NCBI RefSeq assembly: GCF_006345805.1
Contig: NW_021825315.1
Coordinates: 1-15,999, forward strand
Source: Octopus sinensis
Taxonomy: Eukaryota
Reading direction: 5' to 3'
Length of the DNA stretch: 15,999 bases
The position numbers and the translations under genes are program-made. The notes under the pieces were generated by a model. That model was given only the letters and a program-made list of their open reading frames with translations, searched no databases and was not told where the DNA came from. Below are positions 1-9,835 of the stretch, piece by piece. The stretch's first letter is position 1. Each line of letters opens with the position of its first letter.

Positions 1-104
1 TTCTTGTTTTCATAATCAGTTATAATAAAAACAGTTTTACATTAATCTGAAGGGCTACTATATACTTCAGTAGAGTACAAATTTATGTAAGATATATAAG
101 CCAT

Positions 105-246
105 AACTATTAAAATTGTCGCGTACTTTCATCAGCGAATACTTCCAGATGTGCGTATATATGTATATATATGTATACAGACACATACGCACTCACACAC
201 GTCTGGAAGCGTCTGCTGCTGAAAGTACGCAATAGTTTTAATAGTT
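105..246. repeat. Inverted repeat, 49-bp arms (105-153 / 198-246) around a TA/CA-rich spacer
   Basis: The reverse complement of 105-153 (CACATCTGGAAGTATTCGCTGATGAAAGTACGCGACAATTTTAATAGTT) aligns ungapped to 198-246 with 40/49 identity by hand count. GTGCGTAT/ATACGCAC extends the pairing into the spacer. Confidence 0.85.
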
Positions 247-358
247 CACTGGTGTTTCAAGTTTCGCTTCCTGTCGCTTATTCAACCATGCTGCATAACA
301 ATGCTGATGCCATATTTGAAGTACCCAATATATACGCGTATATATTTACGTATGTATG

Positions 359-720
<362 letters not shown>

Positions 721-899
721 GGGTAGATTAAACGAATAAAACAAAACTTGCAAAGTTTTTTTTTTATATATAAGAATTCCATGTGTTAATAATTATAAAG
801 AAACGCGAGAAAGAATGAACGCGAACGAAGGATGAAACGAATCATATGAATGAATTTAGGGAAAAAAAAACACTCACTATAGCAAGATATGTAAAAATG

Positions 900-1045
900 A
901 AAGTGAGGTATTGAAAATAAAAGGAAGGAAAATATCAGACATAGAAGCTACGAAGAGGAGAAAATAATTAGAAAGGAAAAAAAATTAAGAAAGAATGAGG
1001 AAAGCGAAAGTAGGAGGAAGGGAAGTGAATAAAAGAAAGGAATCA

Positions 1046-1113
<68 letters not shown>

Positions 1114-1935
1114 GAAAGGAACAAACAAAGACAGAAAGAAGGAAATACTCCAGAAAGGAAAATAGAATTAATGAATAAATAAAAAACAATAGAATTAATA
1201 CAAAACGCAAGAAAGAAAGAAAGAAGAAAGAAAGAAAGAAAGAAAGAACGGAAGGAAGAAGGAAAGCAATAGAGAAGGAAAGAAAGAAAGAAAGAAAGAA
1301 AGAAACGATATCAGGAAGATGGGGAATATGTGAGGTAAACATAAAAGAGAATGAAAGATGAAGAAGCAACGAAAGAAAGAAATATTGACAGACACAAGAA
1401 ACAACGAATGAATTAATTAACGAATGGGTGAATGAAACGAAAAACAGAATTAATAAAAAAAAACGGAGTAAAAAGAAGAAATAAATGAAGTAAGACATAG
1501 GGATGAAAGGAGAAAAAGAGAGTTAAGGAAAAGAACGAAAGCAAGAAGGAAGGAAGGAGTGAAGAAAGAAAAATCGACATACGCAAGAGAGAAAGAAAGA
1601 AAAAGATGGGTGAAGAATGAAAGAAATGATGGAAACAGGTAAACGAAATTAAAGAGAAATGAAAGAGAAAAGGAACATGAAAGAAAAATGTGAACGAGGA
1701 AAATTTGGTTGCAAGATGGAAAGGTTGAAAGATAAAAAGAAAGAAAGAAGAAGGAAAGAAAGAAAGAAAAAAAGAAGGAAAGAAAGAAGGAAAGAAAGAA
1801 AGAAGGAAAGAAAGAAGGAAAGAAAGAAAGAAAGAAGAAGAAAGAAAGAAAGAAAGAAAGAAATAAAGAAAGAAAGAAAGAAACTAAAGGAAATTTGAAA
1901 TATCAATTTCGAAAGAACAAGGATGGAAAAGGTGA
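900..1935 (+). repeat. About 1-kb purine-rich low-complexity tract with (AAAG)n at about 1043-1112 and (AAAG/AAGG)n at about 1740-1885
   Basis: The + strand is dominated by A and G. This explains the F/L/S-rich and K/E/R-rich spurious ORFs in the track. Confidence 0.95.
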
Positions 1936-2011
1936 GTGAATGAATACGAGCTCTGGAAGCCTGTCTTTCAGACTGACTACTGATTAACATGGCCGACTAA
2001 TTACCACCTTT

Positions 2012-2053
2012 GACTGCTGCTACTGCTGCTGCTGCTTCTGTCGCTGCCGCTAC
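2012..2053. repeat. Imperfect (CTG)n trinucleotide repeat
   Basis: GACTGCTGCTACTGCTGCTGCTGCTTCTGTCGCTGCCGCTAC. Confidence 0.85.
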
Positions 2054-2499
2054 AACGTACACACTCTCTACTGAATAGTTCTTTTAATAATATCTCTGAG
2101 GGTTTTGTATTTTGTGTGTGCGTGTGGGCTTTTTTAATAGGTATACTGATGGGCAGAGTAGTAAACTAGATGTATGTTGTTGTTGTCGATGTCTTTTTCT
2201 CCTTCTTCTTCTTCTTTTCTTCCAATCAGGACTCACCTCATTAGCCACAAAGAATAGTCTCTAATTCGAGCCTACTCTAAGCTACTAAGAATGCGTGTAG
2301 CAACTTGAAGATCCACCCACCACACGCGATAGATTGGCGGTTGCACGGGCGCGAAAGCTACGCTGTTATCCTCATTCCGTAACGGTGGCTTTTTAACGGG
2401 TGGAGAGCTGAACCATCCTAGGGGTACAGCGGATTCGCAATCTAGACTGGAGTCTGAAAGTTTACCACACCATAGTGGGTTACACCATGGTTCCTCTGC

Positions 2500-2698
2500 T
2501 TTGTGGCAGAAGTTGGAAGAAAGAGTGAGAGAAAGTTGTGGTGAAAGAGTACAGCGGGATTCACCACCAGTTTCGCCAGAGCCTCTTGGAGCCTAGGTGT
2601 TTTTGATCAATAAACACTCACAATGCCCGGTCTGGGAATCGAAACAGCGTTCTTACGACCGCGAGTCTGCTGCCCTAACTACTGGGCCATTGCACCTT
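2500..2698 (-). mobile_element. tRNA-derived SINE, family D (head and body)
   Basis: The minus strand reads AAGGTGCAATGGCCCAGTAGTTAGGGCAGCAGACTCGCGGTCGTAAGAACGCTGTTTCGATTCCCAGACCGGG, with a Pol III A box (TGGCCCAGTAG) and a B-box-like TTTCGATTCCC. The head aligns with the SINE-C head at 11975-12047. Confidence 0.8.
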
Positions 2699-3267
2699 CA
2701 CTGATGTTGTTGCTTTTAGTGGTTGTAGTGATGATAGCAGTTTTGTTGTTTAGCTTCAAGTAGGCCTTTGACAGAGAAGACCTTTAATATCAAAGGGGTT
2801 CCAATCTTGAGTAGCCTACATTTTTGTATGTCTAAAACCGCTTTGTTAAACTTCAAGTTACCACCCTAAATAACGACAGTAACGTTCGGTTTGATCGAAT
2901 TTTGGCGTTGTATTAGGGTCTGCATTGTTTTCCACTATTAATATGGAAGATAACGTGCAGTATCATAAAGTTTTAGCTGTTTGGTCGCGCAAAAAAGAGA
3001 TGGTAGCTGACAACAGCAGATGCAGCAATAACAGCAACAAGTCCTAAAGTTGAAACCGCTACCATTTTGTTCAAATCACACCCAATTGCAAATATGTAAA
3101 TGAACGGAGCGGAGAAAACTAACAGCTTCAAATTCAATGCCACTGGATATGATGTAACCCAGGTTACGTTATTCTATTACAGTAGGAGAGGGTTATATGA
3201 ACGTTTGTGCTAACCGAGCAAAATCCAAAACCAAAGCAGCATCTCTTTTTCTAAATGATAATTTTTA

Positions 3268-3684
3268 TAGGAAGGGATGTGTGATAAGTAGCTCGCTTAC
3301 CAACGACATGGTTCTGGGTTCTTCCCCACTGCGTAGCACCTTGGGCTAGTATCTTATACTATAGCCTCGGGCCGACCAAAGCCTTGTGAGTGAATTTGGT
3401 AGACGGAAACGGAAAGACCGTCGTATATATGTATATATATAGATGTATGTATGTGTGTGTATATGTTTGTGTGTCTGTGTTCGTCCCCTTAACATCGCTT
3501 GACAAACGATGCTGGTGTGTTTACGTCCCCGTAACTTAGCGGTTCCGCAAAAACACCGATAGAATAAGTACTAGGCTTGCAAAGAATAAGTTCTGGGGTC
3601 GATTTGCTCGACTAAAGGCGGTGCTCCAGCATAGCTGCAGTCAAATGACTGAAAGAAGTAAAAGTGTAAAAGAGTTTAAAGAGT
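3268..3684 (+). mobile_element. tRNA-derived SINE, family A (copy A1, near full length)
   Basis: It aligns end to end with the copies at 6651-7047 and 8630-9075. It has a tRNA-like head, a CORE-like CACCTTGGGC(A)AG motif, an internal microsatellite and an (AAAGAGT)n-like 3' tail. Confidence 0.92.
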
Positions 3685-3949
3685 TATACTACGTTGAATA
3701 TGTATAAAAACTTTAATAATTTTGAGTATCTCGCACGTGTTGTAAAATATGCACTTTCTTTCGACAAGGTCCGTATTCTTGTACACATTTTGAAACATCA
3801 GTTGATTTCCGCTGTTCTCTAGTGAAACATCAATTGGTGATGTCCGCTACTTAATTGTTAAACATGATAAAAAGAATTATGAAGGATATTTGGATGACAT
3901 TTAAATAAGTCCCCACGTAGAATGTTCCTTTTTGACATATAGGTTTCAA

Positions 3950-4295
3950 GGTTTTGTTATTGTCATCGTCATCATCTTTGCTATTACCGCCATCATTGCT
4001 ATCATTTGTCTTAATTCGCATCGTTTCCATTGCTCCTCCTTGTTATCATCGTTGCAGCTGTTGTCAATCGTTGTTATAATTGCAACCTTTCCATCGTTGA
4101 CATTGTCACAACAGCCGTCATCTTTGCTTTTGTTGTCATCGTTGTATTGGTTGACATAATTCACATTGTTTTCATAGATTTCATTGTTTCTTTTATTGTA
4201 TCGTTGTAATCATTGTCATCGTTGTCTTCGTTGACATTGCCGCAATCGTAGTCATCTTCGCTTTTGTTGTCATCGTTGTGAACATTGCCATTGTT
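3950..4295. repeat. Degenerate trinucleotide (TCA/TTG-type) low-complexity tract with an internal duplication
   Basis: GTCATCTTYGCTTTTGTTGTCATCGTTGT occurs at about 4117 and 4251. The tract produces the I/V/L-rich and D/N-rich spurious ORFs. Confidence 0.8.
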
Positions 4296-4725
4296 AATGA
4301 AGAAAGAAAGTAGTGGTGAAACTTTGGCTGTCGGCAATTAACAAAAAAAATTGGTTATAAGCTTGGTTACAATTACACATAATTATTTCTATTATCTGTA
4401 CTTCTACATCTTTCCGTTAATGCAAATTTTTCACTTTTCTTCCGAAGCAAAAGGAAGTTTTCCTGACAATGATTTCTTGCAAATACTAATTTTAATACTT
4501 CATCGTGATTAACTACGTGGTAGATAAAATAGATATGCTTTCATCGAGGAAAGAAAAAAATATCTGTTACAACCGCCGAGATTAATTGTTACGTCATGTT
4601 ACTTCTCTCTCTAGATCTATACGACCTTTGCATTATTACATCTACCTTCTAATCTTGAATTCAGAATTAGTCAGAATTCGTCAATTCTTAATTCTTATTC
4701 GTGCTGATGCAGCTACAATAAATAA

Positions 4726-4910
4726 TTCTTTCTATTTATAGGCGCAAAACCTGAAAATTCAGGAGGAGATAGTCGATCAACTTATTTTATTGACCCCTAA
4801 AGGATGAAAGGCAACGTTGCCCTCGGCAGAATTCGACGTCGGAACGTAAAGCTTGATGAAATGCCGCTTAGCAATTGATTTGGTGGGCTAATGATTCTGC
4901 CAGCTCACCT
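4726..4910 (-). mobile_element. tRNA-derived SINE, family B (copy B1, internally deleted)
   Basis: It shares AAAGGATGAAAGGCAA...CTCGGCAGAATT...GATTCTGCCAGCTC with the copies at 9833-10706 but lacks the segment between AGTCGAT and ACTTATTTTAT. Confidence 0.85.
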
Positions 4911-5009
4911 ATTATTATAAATATTGGAAAGTAAATAGTGAGGAGACTACTGTATGTCTTAACTACCTGTAACAGTTTAGATAATTACGAAACTGTATAA
5001 AGTTGTTTA

Positions 5010-5050
5010 ATACATACATACATACATACATACATACATACATACATACA
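5010..5050. repeat. (ATAC)n tetranucleotide microsatellite
   Basis: Perfect run of about 10 units. Confidence 0.97.
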
Positions 5051-5178
5051 TTCCTCTTTAAAATTTTATAAAATAAGGGTGGAAAATTGAATATTAATTT
5101 GATTAATATGAATTTAAAACCAGTCGTCTAGCATATTGAAAAATCTGAAGTTTCAGAAAAAATTATATTACATACATA

Positions 5179-5439
5179 TAAGAGAAATGACCTGTAAGTG
5201 GACATCCATTATGCTAGAAGATCCGCTATGGTCTTACCACTAAGAAAGGAATGTTCTTACCACTAAGAAAGGAAGGTACAAAAATATAGATTAATCTATA
5301 TTTTGTATCTTTTCATTTGTCTTGCTCGTATACGTTCTTTGCGTTTGCTAAATTTTCTTGAAAACATTCCTTTCTTAGTGGTAAGACCATAGCGGATCTT
5401 CTAGCATAATGGATGTCCACTTTCAGGTCATTCCTCTTA
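5179..5439. mobile_element. MITE / non-autonomous DNA transposon with about 77-bp TIRs and a probable TA target-site duplication
   Basis: 5172-5255 is the reverse complement of 5363-5446 with only 2 mismatches in 84 bp. The outer 7 bp on each side read ATACATA and TATGTAT, which fits a duplicated TA in a palindromic site. There is no coding capacity. Confidence 0.85.
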
Positions 5440-5652
5440 TATGTATATATCACGTGATCACGTGACCATCAGATGTTGTTGCACATCGCTGGTCACAATG
5501 CGTTCGCATTGTTTTAGCCTTCGAATGACGCCACCCCGCTGGCTAAGCGAGCAGGCCAATATGTATTATATATATATATATAATTCTCTGGTCGAACAAA
5601 CTGACCTGTGCTATGAAGTGTATATAATGACATTTAGATGACTATAACGTCA

Positions 5653-5800
5653 ATGATGATGATGATGATGATGATGATGATAAGGAGGAGGAGGGTAACA
5701 ACGAAGACAATACTTGTAATGGTTTGAAACGATAGCAAAGACCTCGACGATGAAAACGATGGAAATCATCTCAATAATGACGATGATAACCATAATAACA
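5653..5800. repeat. (ATG)n followed by a degenerate GAT/AAT-rich tract
   Basis: About 9 ATG units, then (GAG)n and cryptic triplets. This is the source of the poly-His ORF on the minus strand. Confidence 0.85.
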
Positions 5801-6506
5801 TTGAAACTATTGTTGATTTGTGCTTCTGCATGCATGCTTGTGTGTGTACGCGCGCGCATGCGTGATGACCCCTCCCTCATTCTGCTCAAAATATTTCGAT
5901 ATCCATAGTCAGGTGCTACTCAAAGTGTGCAACCCTCCTTCATAAGTATCTGCTTGTTAATCATAAATACAGAAAGATTATTCAACAGAAATAATCTGAA
6001 ATTTAGTTACAGCTGTAACGTGTATGAGGAAGCATCTTATAACTGATAAACCATTCAGAAATACCTACTCATCGCTATTCAGTCACTCATTCACTCAGAG
6101 ATACACGAGAGAATAACATATAAAACAGAAGTCAACTCCATCAAATTAAATTCCTGACGAGTACTTGACGAAGGAAACTTCAAAGTACGGTATTTTAACC
6201 ATAAGTTCTCCATAAGACACATTGAAAAACGATATATTACGATATTGTCTAATTACATCTGATAATTGAAATAATGATTTCTAATGTAGCTACAAGCCCA
6301 GAAACTTTGAGAAAAGGGTTTTGTTGATACTAACGAGCCCAGTACTCCACCAACTGGGTTGAGCGACAAAAATGACCTATGCTGTGCATAAAGTTTCGTG
6401 AGAAATACTGTGAAGCATTTTTATCGACGCAGTAAAGATACTGTCTACTTGCAAAAGAAATAATGCGATTGTCTCCAATATCATGAGGTGAGAGGCTGAG
6501 AAAGCT

Positions 6507-6509
<3 letters not shown>

Positions 6510-6556
<47 letters not shown>

Positions 6557-6576
6557 CTAGAGAGAGAGAGAGAGAG
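6510..6576. repeat. (GA)n microsatellite
   Basis: Interrupted (GA)n run read directly from the sequence. Confidence 0.97.
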
Positions 6577-6650
6577 TCTCTCTACGTGTATGTATACTGC
6601 TTAATTCCGGCAAATACCGGGATATTTTGATGATTTAAAAAAAAAATTAG

Positions 6651-6849
6651 ACTCTTTTACTTGTTTTAGTCATCTGACTGTGGCCATGCTGGAGCACCGC
6701 CTTTAGTCGAGCAAATCGACCCCAGTACTTATTCTTTGGAAGCCTAGTGCTTATTCTATCGGTCTCTTTTGCCGAACCGCTAAGTTACGGGGACGTAAAC
6801 ACACCACCATCGGTTGTCATGTGATGTTGGGGGGACAAACACAGATACA

Positions 6850-6885
<36 letters not shown>

Positions 6886-7047
6886 TATATATACGACGGA
6901 CCTCTTTCAGTTTCCGTCTACCAAATCCACTCACAAGGCTTTGGTCAGCCCGAGGCTATAGTAGAAAGCACTTGCCCAAGGTGCCACGCAATGGGAATGA
7001 ACCCGGAACCATGTGGTTGGTAGGCAAGCTACTTACCACATAGCCAT
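6651..7047 (-). mobile_element. SINE family A (copy A2, near full length)
   Basis: Antisense copy of the 3268-3684 element, running from ACTCTTTTACTTG (tail) to GAACCCGGAACCATGTGGTTGG...CTTACCACATAGCCA (head), with an internal (CA)n. Confidence 0.95.
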
Positions 7048-7194
7048 TCAACAATAAAATCGAAATTTCTAACTGGTCTCCCAAAAAAATCTCTCTACAG
7101 TTTTGCCCTTGTTAGTCAGTGTTTGTTATAAGGAGGATATAATACAAAAACTTGTGTTTTGTAAGTTGTTTAATTTTAATATATTAACAACAAT

Positions 7195-7345
7195 AGGACG
7201 GAGAGCTGGCAGAATCGTTAGCACGCCGGGCGAAAATGCGTAGCAGTATTTTGTCTCTCTTCATGTTCTGGGTTTAAAATCCGCCGACGTCGACTTAGCT
7301 TTTCATCATTTCGTGGTCGATAAATTAAATACCAGTGAAACATGG
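7195..7345 (+). mobile_element. SINE family B (copy B2, 5' half only)
   Basis: Head GAGCTGGCAGAATCGTTAGCACGCCGGGCGAAA, a B-box-like GGTTTAAAATCC and body TTTCATCATTTCGTGGTCGATAAATTAAATACCAG. It breaks off before the 3' hairpin and tail. Confidence 0.88.
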
Positions 7346-7360
7346 TATTTATATATAGAT

Positions 7361-7522
7361 ATATATACGACGGGCGTCTTTCAGTTTCCGACTTCCAAAT
7401 CCTCGCACAAGGTTTAGTCGGCCCGAGGCTATAGTAGAAGACACTTGCCCAAGGTACCACGCAGTGGGACTGAACCCGGAACCATGTGATTGGGAAGCAA
7501 ACTTATCACACAGATGCACCTA
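7361..7522 (-). mobile_element. SINE family A (copy A3, 5' half only)
   Basis: CGACGGGCGTCTTTCAGTTTCC...GGCCCGAGGCTATAGTAGAAGACACTTGCCCAAGG...GAACCCGGAACCATGTG matches the head halves of A2 and A4. The 3' half is absent. Confidence 0.9.
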
Positions 7523-7736
7523 TATATATATACACACACACATAAGTTTCCATGATGTGTTCTTCATGGACCTTGAGGGCCACCTACTGAATACAATGAA
7601 TAGACGTACGGCCAAATGTGATCCAACAGTAACTATCCTTTATTGCTTTTCGTTTTATTATTATTACTATTTTTTCTAGACACAATATTTGTAAGACAAC
7701 TTTATTTAATGTAACCTTCATTATCACACAGATGCA

Positions 7737-7782
<46 letters not shown>

Positions 7783-7959
7783 AGTTTCCATGGTGTGTTC
7801 TTCATGGACCTTGAGGGCCACCTTCTGAATACAATGAATAGATGTACGGCCAAACGTGATCCAACTGTAGCTATCCTTTATTGCTTTTCGTTTTATTATT
7901 ATTACTATTTTTTTCTCGACACAATATTTGTAAGACAACTTTATTTTATGTAGCCTTCA
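7503..7959. repeat. Tandem duplication, two copies (7503-7720, 218 bp; 7721-7959, 239 bp)
   Basis: Both copies begin TTATCACACAGATGCACCTATA and end GTARCCTTCA. There are about 9 substitutions by hand count, and the length difference lies mainly in the (TA)n run. Confidence 0.95.
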
Positions 7960-8286
7960 TCTTTAAGGCGCAAGGTGTGAAATGAGTGAGGTCTCATTGA
8001 TGTATCTAGCAGGTCAAGCAACTACGTAGAGGCTCCTGCGTTCATTGGTGTGTAGTGCAGTGTCGGAAGGGATTGCTGTCATTGGTCAAGTCTATGTTAA
8101 ATTAGTACTCAGCACTGAATATTAATCCAATATTCCAATGTGTTCATATAGACTTTGATTTGTTCGTTGTGTAGGGTTTCGGTACTTTCATCTGTTACTG
8201 CCGGAGGGTATGAACATGCGAGATCAATGAGGATGGAAAGGGGTGGAGATGGGGAGAAAGGTGAATTAAGAAAAGGAAAAGGAAGA

Positions 8287-8465
8287 TGGTGATGATGATG
8301 ATGATGATGATGTCGACGACGAAGACGACGACGACGACAATGAGGATCATTCATGACAATTTATCAGTTCGTGTTCTTAATTTTGCTGATGACAAAGACG
8401 ATGATATTGCTACTGCTGATGATGATGCGGTTTGTGATGATCATGATGATGATGATTGTGGTTTG

Positions 8466-8496
<31 letters not shown>

Positions 8497-8575
8497 AATG
8501 ATGATGATGATGATGATGATGATGATTGTGGTTTGTGGTGAGGATGAAGAGGACGGTGATGATAATTAGCAGAAG
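8287..8575. repeat. Compound (GAT)n/(GAC)n tract with a recurring GGTTTGTG interruption
   Basis: Several (GAT)n runs. GGTTTGTG recurs at about 8429, 8460 and 8529. Confidence 0.92.
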
Positions 8576-8629
8576 AGATAGATGGAAGGCAACAACAACA
8601 CTAATGGATGTGTTGACGCTTTATATTAT

Positions 8630-8846
8630 ACTTTTACTTGTTTCAGTTATTTGACTATGGCCATGCTGGAGCACCGCCTTTTAGTCGAGCAAATCGACCC
8701 CCAGGACTTATTCTTTGTAAGCCTAGTACTTATTCTATCGGTCTCTTTTGCCGAACCGCTAGGTTTACGGAAACGTAAACACACCAGCATCGGTTGTCAA
8801 GCGATGTTGGGGGTGGGGGTAGGGGCAAACACAGACACGTAAACAT

Positions 8847-8894
<48 letters not shown>

Positions 8895-9075
8895 TATATA
8901 TACATATATACGACGACCTTCTTTCAGTTTTTGTTTACCAAATACACTTAAAAAGCCTTGGTCGGCCCGAGGCTATAGTAGACGACACTTGCCGAAGGTG
9001 CCACACAGTGGGACTGAACCCGGAACCATGTGGTTCGTAAGCAACCTACTTACCACACAGCCACTCATACGCCTA
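8630..9075 (-). mobile_element. SINE family A (copy A4, full length)
   Basis: The minus strand starts TAGGCGTATGAGTGGCTGTGTGGTAAG, has a B-box-like GGTTCAGTCCC and an internal (TA)n, and ends in the tail CAAGTAAAAG. Confidence 0.95.
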
Positions 9076-9146
9076 TAAAAAGAATTAACGCTGCGAAGAA
9101 GATATTGTACATTTTATTTGTAATACTATTTATCGTTTGTCACAAA

Positions 9147-9400
9147 GGACGCAGAATGGGCTGGCGTCTTTATGGTTAAGAAATTCGGATCTTAATCACG
9201 TAGTTCAATGCTCATCCTCCTGCGTGACACTTTAGGCTGGTGACATGTATCAACGTAACCAAGAGTTGAAGATATTTGCCAGACAGAAACTCCCGTCGTC
9301 TTTGAGTTTGTGTTCGTGTGTGTGTGTGTTTGTGTGTGTGCGTGTAAGTGTGTGTGTGTGTAAGTGTGTGTGGTGTGTGTGTGTGTGTGTGAGTGTGTGT
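9147..9400 (+). mobile_element. Old, highly diverged SINE-A head plus expanded (TG)n
   Basis: TATGGTTAAGAAATT..., CTGCGTGACACTTTAGGC and CAGACAGAAACTCCCGTCGT match family-A motifs in the right order. A (TG)n follows at the position of the internal microsatellite. Confidence 0.6.
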
Positions 9401-9667
9401 GGGTGAGACGGCGAAAAGCCCCAACACTATAATTTACAAATACATACATGTGTGTGTGTCTGTGTGTATGTAAGAGTGCTGAGGTTATTCGCTGCAGCTA
9501 CTCTGAGTTTGTTTGCAGAGATGTTTCGAAGATCATACAGCTTAAGACTGTACTTCAAAGCACAGCATATAAGATAAATTTTCTTGATATGAGCATCAAT
9601 TATAACACAAATTCGCCATTTTAAAATTTTATCTTTACAAAATATCATTTAGAAAAACTATCATAAT

Positions 9668-9835
9668 GGTTTCAAATTTTGGCACAAATCTAGCAAATAC
9701 ATTGAGTTCAATGCTCAACAGGTTCTTATTTCAAGAACTTCAAAAGAATAGATGGCAAAGAAGACCTCGGTGGAATTTAAACTCATGACATAAAAAATGT
9801 CGGTAAACATTTTACCCCTGCATGTTAACAATTCT
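9668..9835 (-). mobile_element. SINE family B (copy B3, diverged, tail type 3)
   Basis: GGTTTCAAATTTTGGCACAA (tail) and GGCAAAGAAGACCTCGGTGGAATTTAAACTCA (B-box region) are collinear with B6 and B7. Confidence 0.7.

Noticed and set aside
129-135. CTGATGA on the minus strand
   Set aside because: No stem II or GAAA follows, the mirrored arm reads CTGCTGA, and there is no C/D-box context.
4420-4427. Octamer motif ATGCAAAT
   Set aside because: A single 8-mer is expected by chance in 16 kb of AT-rich DNA, and there is no supporting context.
6154-6195. CTGACGA followed by a GTACTT/AAGTAC stem
   Set aside because: The stem is followed by GGTA rather than GAAA, and no register gives stems I and III together.
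8809-8825. G-rich run GGGGGTGGGGGTAGGGG
   Set aside because: Only three G-tracts, and it is an expansion of the short G run within SINE-A.
3932-9449. Poly-His, poly-Asp, poly-Met, THTH and I/V-rich ORFs, and ORFs overlapping SINEs
   Set aside because: They are explained by (GAT)n, (CA)n and SINE sequence. The duplicated peptide at 7464-7953 only reflects the DNA tandem duplication.
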